Positions 7,807 through 19,800 of a DNA stretch of 53,624 nt are shown piece after piece. The stretch comes from a virus (lineage: Duplodnaviria; Caudoviricetes): positions 1 through 53,624 of the IMG/VR virus record IMGVR_UViG_3300017785_007857; one strand, written 5' to 3'. The position numbers and the translations under genes are program-made. The notes beneath the pieces are model-generated. The model was given only the letters and a program-made list of their open reading frames with translations, made no database searches and was not told where the DNA came from. The stretch's first letter is position 1. Every line of letters begins with the position of its first letter.

Positions 7807-10800
7807 AAAACCTTGCTGCTGTGGTTTCAGTTAATTGCAGGGGTCGCCCATCGCTGGGTTCAGCTATACCAGGTTGATACCAACCGTCCCCTCTATACAC
7901 TGCAAATGTAATTTCAACTCCGCTAGGAACTTGATTTGCCAATTGCACAGTGAGTGGTTCTTCGTTTAACACAGTGTATTCGCTGATCAGCAATGTTCGC
8001 CCTCCTACTATTACTCTCAATGTTTCTTCTGCCAAGGTGGTACTGTCAATGTTCAACAATGTAAATGCAGTGATAACAAATGTTGTTTGTGTACCATTGC
8101 TTGAAAAATTCTCGCTCACAAGATAATTTTGATACTGTGACGGGAGTAAATTGCCGCGGCTCATATCATACACAGTTGATCCACTAAGATGCGTAGTTGC
8201 TGCAGTGCCTGCAGTACCTCTCAATAAACCACTGACAGTGTTGTTTACTGTGTTGCGATAACGATACATAATTCTTTCTGCATTTACAGTGATTACTCCC
8301 CAGATGTTGATGCTGACATTGGGCTGGCCCAGCGCACTTGCACTGCTGACATGAACAACATCATCATCTGCATATAATATTTGAGTTAGCTCAGTGGTAG
8401 TGGCAGGGGTCATTCTGTAAGTCAACTGAAGCCCTCTCATATCTTGGAAAATTCTAAAGGCCATGGCCTCTGGAACAATACTGTTTGTTGCCATGGTCAC
8501 TGCCACCACATCATTGTTGGAGATTACAAATGGTAAAATCAAATAACTTGTGCCATCTTGTGGCTGAACAGTATAGCCAATGCCGTTGACTAATCGATAT
8601 CCGTTGTAGTACACCCAAATTCTAGTGGGGTCAACATTGGCTCTGCCCAAATCAAAATCATTAACAAAAGTAATCGTCGAAGCCGAGTAATCAAACGAGC
8701 CAGGATCAAACAGTAAAGTATCAGGACTATAGTTAGTGCTGTCAAATGGTTCGGAAACACCAACACCTATTTGCACTGAACCTTTCCAAAGTTTTGTTAT
8801 TATATCTTGCTGGCTGGTGTCATTCCATGTTGTAATACTGATTACATCGCCATTGGCAATGGTAAAAATTGAACTCAATCTAAATATTATCTGCCCAGCA
8901 TCAATAAAATATTGTGCGTAGGTTGTTACGCAAATTAAAATTCTTGCACCTGTTGCTGGTGTAGCAGTGAACGAAATATAACGATCTTGTGTGCCAGTCC
9001 ATGCGCTTAAAACAAAGTCCGATCCATAGCTTTGATAAACATCATTAACATACACATGCACATCGTTGTTGGCAATGTATTCTTGTGAATCCACATTTCG
9101 TGTTGGCAAGAAATAGTCGGTACTACCATCTTCGTAGTACTCAATGTCGCTGCCCGGTCTAACACGAACGCCATTGCGTTCAACAATCAACTCATCTTGG
9201 TTGGATCCTTGTAGACTGTTGTCAAGATCATAGATAATGATGTTACTGTCTTCAACAGTGATGTATTGAGTTACAGGGTCGCTCCAACTTCGCACAGTGG
9301 TGCCAGGACTGACTCCCAACACTGTTACATTGATATAGTCAAGATTTGTAAAAATTTCACTAAACACAAGTTCGGTTTTATTTGGTGCTCCAACTACTGC
9401 GTTCCAACTGTAGGAGCTGGTGTACAATGATCCATTGACCCAGACCACAATCTCTTGTATTTCAGAAATTGTGACATCAAGAATGATTGACCGTGATGCT
9501 CCATTGCCAATATAAGATAACCTCAATAACTGATTGCCTCCGCCAACTTCGAACGCTCTTATCATTAGGACATCGTTGGGATTGATACTTACATCAGCCG
9601 AGTCAACTGTGACAGTCTGTGTAGTCCAATCCACTGAATACTGATAGGTATCATAATCAATCCGCTGAGTGATATTGGTTAGCTGTGCAGTAGCAGGATA
9701 AGGCAACAAGCCTGCAAAACTAAACGAGGGGTTGTCCGAGGTCCATTCGTATCTAAAATTAGCTATAGCAAACCCATGTCCATCAAAGTCCCAATCAGCC
9801 CCGGGTCTTGTGTAAACTCTTAAATCCAAGGTGTCAAATTCAGCCCCAGGCACAAGTTCCTCTGGGGCAAAACTTGAGTATGTGTCAACAAATGCGCCTC
9901 CATCAGTGACTAAATCATAGGGTCTTGTTCCTATATAAGAATCCAGGAATCTGCTGGTGAAGATTGTGTCTAGTATCGTGTCACTGTAGGTAAATCCACC
10001 TTCTGGAGAATTTTGTATATTGTCAAACGGATATAAATCATAGGGATCACTGTCAAACCCAGTGGCTGCGTCAAACGGCACTGGCTCAAGTATTGTACCT
10101 GGATATTCAACCCCATCAATCAACAGCGGCAACACACGGCCGGGAATGGTGGGGTTGGGAACATAATACCCCATGGTACGATCCACGCCACTGAGTTCGC
10201 CCGGTGGCATTAAAATCCAATCAGTTGGATCAAACGTTGCTGTGTTGACTCCAGAACTGTCAGGACTGTTGGCTTCCCAGATGCGATTATCGTAACTAAC
10301 CAATGTGCCATTGTCAAAAGTGTCGCTGGGCACCCAAGGCACAAATGTTTGTCTGTACTGATAACGGTCATACTTGAGACTTACCTTGAAGGTTCTCACC
10401 GCCTGATGTGTCATAATAGGCACTAAACGAGCACCAGTTCCACTTCCGCCAGTTATCGTTATTATTGGAGTTGTAAGGTATCCTTCGCCGGGATCAGTGA
10501 TGGTGATGCTTGATATTTCTCCTGCACTGTTGATGAATGCCTCGGCGGTGCCCAGTCGTGTGGCAGTGCCAGTGATGGTAATTGTGGGTGCAAAAATATA
10601 TCCAGAGCCTGCATTGTCAATTCTAATAGTGCTGAGGTATAACAAATAGTTGTTCAACCATTGGCTATAGGGCCACGCTTGCCACACTGCAGCATTGGGC
10701 GGAAACGCACTGACATCGTTGGAGAAACTGCCATCATAATCCAAGATTGGACTTACATACTGTGCTGGAACTAGACTGGTGTCATAGTACGAAGGAAGGT

Positions 10801-13800
10801 CAAAGTCTGACAGATCACCTTGGAATTCATCAGCACCATCATATTGCAGGTTGAATTGTCTGATTTGCACATGATAAGGTTTGACTTCGTTGATGTAGTC
10901 AAGAACAAAGTTTTGATTGTCGCGGCGGTAGTTCTGGAATGGCAGTAACTGTCTAATCTTGTGTGTGACATCTATTAGACTTGTTTTGCCTAACCAGCTT
11001 GGAGCTTCTTGCTCGCTGAGAATATAATCAAACATCAAAATTAATAGTTCGTTGCGATAGATTGCCAGGTCATCAACAAATAACTGTTGATTGACCGCTT
11101 CAACTATTTTTCTAGTTTCGACCTCAGGACTGTAGTCAAAGTATTGTGTGTCAAACACTTCAGCATCATATCCAATTCTACCTTCTGCATAGTCAAACAG
11201 CCCAATACTGATTGCAATTGTGCCATCTTGCAGTCCCACACGATCCCATCCTATTGCAGTTTTTTGATAAATTTCCCATTTACTTTGTGAGTTAGCAGTG
11301 ACTCTAACAAAAGATCCCAAGGGAACTGTCAAGGTAGCAAGATTGGCGTAGTTAGAAATTTCGGCGATTGCCAACAGTGATGGATTATATGTAGATGCAT
11401 ACCAGTCAATGTAGCTCCAGTATTGTCGAGTATCATATCCTTGGACTTTGGTCAACAGCAACGTCTTTACCGCAACAGAGCTGACTTGAGTCACTGTGTA
11501 AATTGTCCAGAATCCAAAGTTGGTGGAATCACTGTCTACCAGGTATCTGTAACCAACTGGTTGAATTTGTATGTTCTGCCAACTCAATTGTTCAAGATTT
11601 GCAACCTGCATGTCCCATTCTCCGCTCAGAGTTGATGGTGCTGGCTCTGCACTATTGAGCAAAGCAAAACTGATGTTGAGTTCTGACATTGGGAATTGCG
11701 CTAGAACATTGTTGGTGAACCGAACAAAATTCTGTCCAGCCAATAGCCTATCTATAAACATGCTTTGACGTGGACGGAAGTCTACACCGTATCTCATTGC
11801 ATAGGGTAGATTAGGATCAGGCACAGGCAATCCTGACACATTGATACCGCTGAGACTGTCAATGAATTTTAAATAAAGTTGAGGATTTAAAACTCCATCA
11901 ATACGATTTTCAGGCACAAGATCATACACAACGTGAACATTGGCGTCATTCGGGGTTTGATCATACTCAATATGCAAGATCGTGTCTGACGCTTTGATGT
12001 AGTCAGCACCGTTGTAAATTGCAATTGCGTTGGCAGACACAGGTGCAATGTAAGATATGCCACTGCTTCGTGGGTCTTCGATGTATCTTGCAATGACTTC
12101 GGTGCTCAGTGTTTTTTCTGCTGCGGTGGCAACAGTGGGAACGTTTTTGACCCAATAATAATAGATGTTTTCAACAATGCCTTGTGTATTCAAAACAGTT
12201 GTCACTGTGTATTCAAGGATAGAATATACTTCGCCAGGCCCGGTATAATTGGCAGGCAGTTGGGAACTTTGTATCCACTGATATACATCAACTTGGCTGC
12301 CCGGGAATACCTGTCCCCAACGTTTGGCAGCATAATCTATGTTTCCGGTGTTGGGGTCAACAAATCTCACTCTTGCTGTGTCCCACCAAATCTCGCCAAG
12401 ATGAGTTTCAAACCAGGTGTTACCAGGAGTGCTCTGCCCAACATTGTAAACTGCTGGATTAACTGCACCAACATAGTCAATGTTTCGTTGAGCTGGGCCC
12501 AGTATCTTTCCTTGCAACGGATTAAAGAAATCAAAAAATTGATTTGTTGTGGAAATCAATCGATCATACATGCTGACAGAATTCAACAGTCGGATGTTGA
12601 CAATTGGCTGTTGTTGACTAATGACTTGCCAGGCCGGCAGGTAGGTTGGGTTAATAAACAGTGCTACTCTGCCAAGAGCATCTATGGTAGAATCTTGTTT
12701 TTCTTTGCCTGGACTTCCAACCAATAAGATATTGTTGACATAGCTGATACTGATGCCAAATTCATCATACTGAGTCACTGAATCATCGTAAATTTCTTGT
12801 CCAAAAATAAAGTTACCAAAGTTTGCGATACTGCTAGAAGCTGCTGGCAAGAAGTTAAATGTATAGACCACACCACTCTGAGGGGTGTAGTCTGAGAATG
12901 TAGTTGACAGTGAATCAAAAATTGTGGTGTCGTCATCAAACGTAGTTGGAATAATCAGCGTGCCGTTAGGTGTGCCCACAGTTAATATTTCAGCACTGCT
13001 GTCAATGTTCACTGCATATCCAAACTGTGCGTAGTCTTGAGGATACGGACTTGAAATAGTTTGAGCATAGGCAAATGTGGTGTACCCCAGTGTTGTAAAT
13101 GCTGATCCCACTGCGCCTGGAAGTACCGTGAGTCTATTCAGTGGAGTTGACGCAGCTAAATTTTGAACCTGTATGGTTAGATAACCGTTGGTGACCGAAG
13201 CTGTGACATTTGGCACTGATGATGCGATTGCTGCTGCAAATGCTGTAAGTCTCACTGCCGCGGTAGATCCTGCAGGCACCGCCACTTCATAATCGTTTAT
13301 GCGCAGTGTATTGCCAGCTGTCAATGCGGGATTTTGATTGATATTTGTGATAATACCAAACACCCTTGATTGATTTACTGTGCGTTCAACTGAGCCGGCT
13401 TGCGGCAGTACTCCACTGTAGAACGGTGCCGAAATATAGATACTACAGTTGTTTGGGCAAAAATCCAATGCAAATCCGTACTTTGCCCCTTCTTCAACGT
13501 CGGATGAAGTCAGCGTTTGTATTTGTGTAAACTGATTGGTTTCAATTTCAATAATGTCACCAATGGCTAAATCAATCAAAAAGGTGATTGCTGTTCCATT
13601 GGATGAATAAGTGCCGTTGTAATAGTATTGATTGCTGTACTGTAGAACACCGTTGAGCAATACTGTAGTAGGGTTCACCAAAGGCTGTGCAGGGGTATAG
13701 GTCAGCACACGGGCATCGGTGACCTGAAATCTCTGCGCAGACCTATCAAAAACAAAAACTTTACCTGCTGTGGCTGTTCCTGACACAGTTGCGTTGGGAG

Positions 13801-16800
13801 TGCCAACTACAATTTGTCTGCCATCGGTACCTGATGACAATGCGGTACCAAATCTTTCGCCCCCACTGGCTGCAGTAAACGAAGTTACATATTTAAAATA
13901 CGTTGATGCAGTGACAATAATCGTACTGCCCACATCAGGATTTCTTAAAAATGTCACTGTTGTTCCTGCCATTGTGTAATCCAGCACAGGGCGATACAAC
14001 GTTCCATCAACAGCAATAGTGATACTGTCATACCCACTAGCAGAGTACAGATAGTTGGCAAGATTGAAAGTTTTTACAAGACCACTTAGTGGAACAAAGA
14101 ATCCCGACGTTGTGTAGGCTTCAATTGTTCCTAAAATACCAACATCTGTCACTGTGATAACACAATTGTTCAGTGGTGCTGTTCCACCAAATTGTGTGCC
14201 ATATATGGTAAGAGTGTCACCAAGTGAATACAGAGTGCCTTTGGTTGATACAAATGCGGTATATTTGCCGCGCACAACATCAACATTGAATATTGCTCCA
14301 GATCCAACTCCTGTAGTGACGTTTGCAGTAAGACCAAAAAATTCTTGCCTGTCCAATTGTGTCAACTTACTTCTAGATATCACCAGCGTAGATCCAAGGA
14401 TTGGGAAAAAAGTAAGATTAACTGTGTTGCTTGTCACGGCATAATCGCGAATGTAAGTCAGCGTCTGGCCATTGTATACTACAGTTAGTTGTGAACCTAC
14501 ATTAAACTGTATTCCAGTAAGCGGAAATACCTGTTGAGTTGATGTGGTAACGAATGTGTTGATTTGACTTTCCACATCAACTTTGCCATATGCATAGACG
14601 TCATCCACGCCAGGTGCGCCAATGTACAACCAACGTTCATCCTTGCTTATTGCAACTGAATAACCAAATTCAGCTGCGCCTGGGCTGTCCAGTGCCAGTA
14701 GAATTTGAGATTCAAAAAATCCACTTGATAGTTCGTCAAATACTAAAACACTGGCATATCCTTTTAACGCTGCACTGTTTGGTGCCCCCGCAGATCCGTA
14801 TGTGTTGTTTCCAACTGACAAACTAGATCCATAATTTACCACGTCTACAGCAGACCGAAGGCTCAGTGTTGACCCTTGTGTGTAACTTCCAACATCAATG
14901 GATCCAAAATTCACCACGCCGCCGCGATCGTTGGCTTGGTCAGGCTGGCCAACTAACACAATTGAATTGTCTTGCCGTTGTGCTAGTGCATATCCAAATC
15001 TTGTAAATGCAGGTTCTGTGTCGCCTGGAGCAATTGATGTGAGACTCTCCACTGGGGAATTTTTTTGCAGTACCTGCCATTTACCAAATCCGTTGTTGTC
15101 GACCCAAATCAGTGATCCGGGTTGAATATTGTTTACATATGGTAAATCAATTGCATCACTGGCCTGTGCCACACGCATGGTTTGTAATCGTAACACCAAT
15201 CCTACACCTGTAGCTACAATTTGACTGGGGTTGGTAAATGCAAACACAATTGACACAGTTGTCAGGCTTGGTATTCTAATGACTTTATACACGCCGTTGA
15301 CAGTGTCATCAAAGAATTTGACGATAATAGTATCGCCCACCGATAATCTGTGTTGCGCTGTGAAGGTTAAGATGCTGGTGCCATCAAGATTATCAGTGAC
15401 CGTGCTGAGCTGTCCAGGAACATCTTCGGCTCTATAGATATTCCAATCATAGTCATTGACTTTGGCTACCCAAATACTTGTACCTACGCCTATCACACTC
15501 AAATATTGATTCAACACTGTGGAATCATCAAGAGAGAACACAGTGATATCAGCATCTTCTAAATTTACATACCCGGCTGATGGGTATGTGTCATCGGTGA
15601 AGCCCAGGGTAATTGTTGGGAATATATCAGTGGACATCAACACTGTGCTGGTGCTCCAAACATTGGCCAACTCAATTGCTTGGTCAGCAATGCTGCTCTG
15701 GCCCGTTGTTATAATTTGCACAACACTGGGATTGGCAGTGAGCAAGGCCTGATTGAGTCTGAGATCAACGTAGCTACGATTGGCTTGCGCTCCGTAGACA
15801 CCGGCTTGAATTGCCCAGTTTTCATAGACTGTGTAATCTGCACCTTCTTTGTCAAAGTTTGCATTGGTCAACAATCTCACTGACTCAATTGTACCTTTGG
15901 ATCCAAGGAATTGTTTGTACACATTGACTTGACTTACATCATCTAAATCAAGTGCTGCCATGTACTGGCGTGGTCTAAATCCTATCAGTCCATATGCAAG
16001 AAGATCGTTGTCACTTTCCAAGTTAGCAACATTTACGTTGTAACTGTTGGCCAGTTGATCGGCCTTGTTGGGAATATTTGGCAACAGCCCAGTCTGGATT
16101 TTTTCTCGATCACTTGCAGCCCAGTCGTTGAAATCAAATTTTTCCTTGGGTTGCACAATGGTCAATGCACTCCAGTAATTGTTTTTAAACAATACAATTT
16201 CACCTTTGGTATACTTGACGTTGGGTGCCCATTCTTCTATATTGTCTTGATTTAAAATAAACCCTGGTGCATTGAGTTGACCATTCCAGTCATTGGTTAG
16301 GTTCCCAAACAGTCTCAAACGATTTTGTCTGGCTCCGGTAGTAGGGTCATAGATCAAGTCACCAAACACAGTTACATTACGGAAAACAATTAGATGTTCA
16401 TATGCTGTAAATTTTAAATTCACAAAACTTATGACTTGATTATCCTGTGTGCTGGCTCTAAACTCATTGTTAAAACGTTCAATAATTAAATTCTGCACAC
16501 CTAGCAACTGCTTGTTTTGATCTTGTATTTGATTATCAGGGCTTAGTGTGACAATACTGTCTACCACAGCGTTGTCGCGTTGTACAAATAGCTCTTTGGC
16601 CGAGGGATTTAAGTTAATCAAACTGCCTGGCCCCCAGCCTTGATTGCTCCAGTATAAAAACTCCACGGCCATCTGTTGCCAGTTTATGGTGTAACCGTTT
16701 TCAATTGTGCCAAAACTAAATCCCCGACTTTCCAAGAATTTTCCATAACTCAACAAGAAGTCAACCATCACAGTGTCATTGACAAATGTGTACCCGTATG

Positions 16801-19800
16801 GAATACGCACAATATCAGTGGTGTATTGTGCAGGTACTTTGACTGTACTGCCACCGCCAGAAATTTCTTGCAATTGACCTGAAGGTCTGCTTACCAACAC
16901 CTGGAAATAAGGCTCCACGGTGCTGTATCCAAAAACTTGATAACCGTTGTCAACTTGTTGTACTATGACTGAACTATAACTTACTGCATCAAAGGGTTGA
17001 TTTTTGTACAACAGTAAATCAAATCCGTTGTCAGGTATCAACAGTGTGGTATTCAATGAAGCTGGGCTGGGCTTTTCAAGAAATAGTTTTAGGTATTGCT
17101 TGTTGCTGAAAGATGCCATTCTATAGCACAATCTAACATCCAAGCGTTTGAGTGCAGTGCCAAGGGTTTGAGGTGCTTGTAGATTCCCAAGGTATGCATT
17201 GTAATCAACAATCCAATTGATAAAACTAGCCTTGCTGGTACCAAGCCCATATATTTCTATGCCATTGGCATCAAGTCTATAACGATCGTTGTATAAAAAT
17301 TGATTTAATGTTGTGTTGTATTTGTAGAGATCTCGATCAGCCAACAACGAAAAAAACTCAGCTGGACGTGTCAATGCAAACAATCGCATCACCGCAAAAG
17401 GATAACTGCTGCTGGCACGCCATGAATATTCTACTGGGCCATAATCGCCAGTCTGCCAGCTATGCCTAAACCCTGAAGGATCATAGGCACCAACTATACT
17501 TTCAAATGGACTCAATAATTCGCCAGTAGGTCCCACTGGTATAATCTTAGTGAGACCGGGTCTAGCAAATGCAGGTTTCATGTAAAATCCCGCGGGGTCA
17601 GTCACCAGTCCAGCTTCTAAGTCATCCCAAAGAACCAAGTTGCCAGATGTGTAGGGCGCAGGTCCATAGCGATCGTTCCACCAAGTGGGCTTTTGTGTCA
17701 GACCCAGCATCTCCCAAGGAGTGGTGTGCGGAGTAACAGTATCATAGAAATCAAGATAGATGCCGCGCCATGCTCCTGGTAAAACTTGCCCGTTGAGCTT
17801 GTTGCCGGCCTGATCATAGTTCCAAGTAAATGAATTTTGTGCGCTGTAATCTTGTCTGTTATAGTCAAGTTTGTTCCATCCTATCCAACTTAAAAACTCA
17901 CCAGCAAACACCTCTTGTACTTCTTGAGCAGAATAGTCTGTTGTTCTAAATGCACCCGGAATAATATCTTCTGGCAGAATAGGGATTGGAGAAACTATTT
18001 TGATGTTGTTGAATATTCTATTTTCAAATTCCAGCAACACATCATCTCTAAAATCACCAAATGCCACGGTTTTACTGCCATCGTGTCCAAGAATAATAGT
18101 GGTTGGTTCAACATAAGAAGTATCAACATAAATCTGTGGCCGCCACGAGGGATATAGTCCCATTTTTGTAGGTGTATTTGGGCAGAAACTTCCCACCGTT
18201 GATGAGAATTCTTGTATCAAAATAACATCGCCCACTGCCAACAGCGTTGTAATCTCTAGACTGGCTGAATCTACAATTGTGTTGAATTCAAATTCGCGAG
18301 TCAACAATCTATTGTTGACAAAAACATTGAGACCGAGATAGTTGCTTGAGGTAAAATTATAAACCTGAACTGTTTCAAACACAGGCGTGGAGATTGCAGT
18401 GTAGGTGTAGCTGTTTTGTGTGAACACAGCACCTGCCGGCAACATATCGCTCCAGTAGAATGCATTGCTTTCAGTGCGTCCCAGTGTGATATCACTTATC
18501 ACCGAAGTTAATATCTGCGCTGTGGTTAGATTAGTGTAGTCATTTTTGGCCAAAGTGTCTAGTAACAAGGTTTTATACTTGACATATTCTCTACTGTTAA
18601 AATCAATAGAAGAAAAAACATTGTAGTCAGGCAATCGTAAAAACAGTCCACTCAGTGTCAACGGCGAACTTTGTTGTACAATTGTTTCACCGTAGGGAAC
18701 AATGTTGCCAAGGTCTCGACTATTGTTGGTGCCATTGATTGCCCCACGAAGTTCAGTTAGATTTTCTCCAATACTGTTGTAATGTGTTCTAACTGTGCCC
18801 AAGGTAAAACTAGCGGAGTTGGCATTGAACGGATTGTTTTGTAAATTAATTGGAACTTGATAAAAACCAACCTGGCTGACTTGATCACTGTAGGCCAATA
18901 CCTCAATTACATCAGTATCAAGATATGTTTCGTATAAACGAATGGTGGTAGTATTGGGAGTTGTGGTTACCAGGTACTTGCTGGGCGGTACAAAAGTTGA
19001 CCCAGCGTATACTTTTAGATTAGGTACTGGCTCCGGCGCATCAACTGCAACTGGCACGTCAGAAATTTTGATATCTAACAACAACGGATCACCGTTGTAA
19101 CTAAATCTAAATTGCTGCAGGCTTCGGCTTTGGGTAACTGCTGGTTGCCAGCCCAGCAAACTTTGATATACTTCTCTACTAGAGTACTGGCGAGCAAACC
19201 CTATGCTGATGTCAGATTCAATGCTGCTGCGATTGATAACATACAAAAATGTATCGGTGTAGAGATTGTTGTCAAATACAATGTCGCCAACATTGCTGAT
19301 AGTCAGATATCTCAAAGGAAAATTAAGAACCACATCATTGGCACCGGTTCCTTGAGCATAGGAAAATAGTTTGGTGCCAGTAAAACTAGATCCTGGATAC
19401 TTGATCTGGTCTGTGAGACTCACTCCATCTTGATCAAACAGATCAAACAACGGTGCCTGATTGGTTTTTGTTTTTTGTTGTGCGCGATTCCATGATACGC
19501 CGTCGTACCAAAAACTTATTCCTTGATTGGAGATTCCGTTCATGCATACCACTGTGTCATTGATCAATGGCAGAGAATCCGTTGTTGCCACTAAATTTAT
19601 AATAGGTTGTGCTATCAAAGGAGGTTCGGTATCAGGTGTGATAAAAACAACCTCATACACACGATTTCTTACATCTGCACTGGTGTCTGCGGCAAAAATC
19701 ACACGTGATCCATCAGTCAGTGCATACCCGTCAATGTTGTACTGTGTTTGTCCAGCCACTTGGCTAAAAGCATCTACTGTGGTTAAATCAATTATGTTTA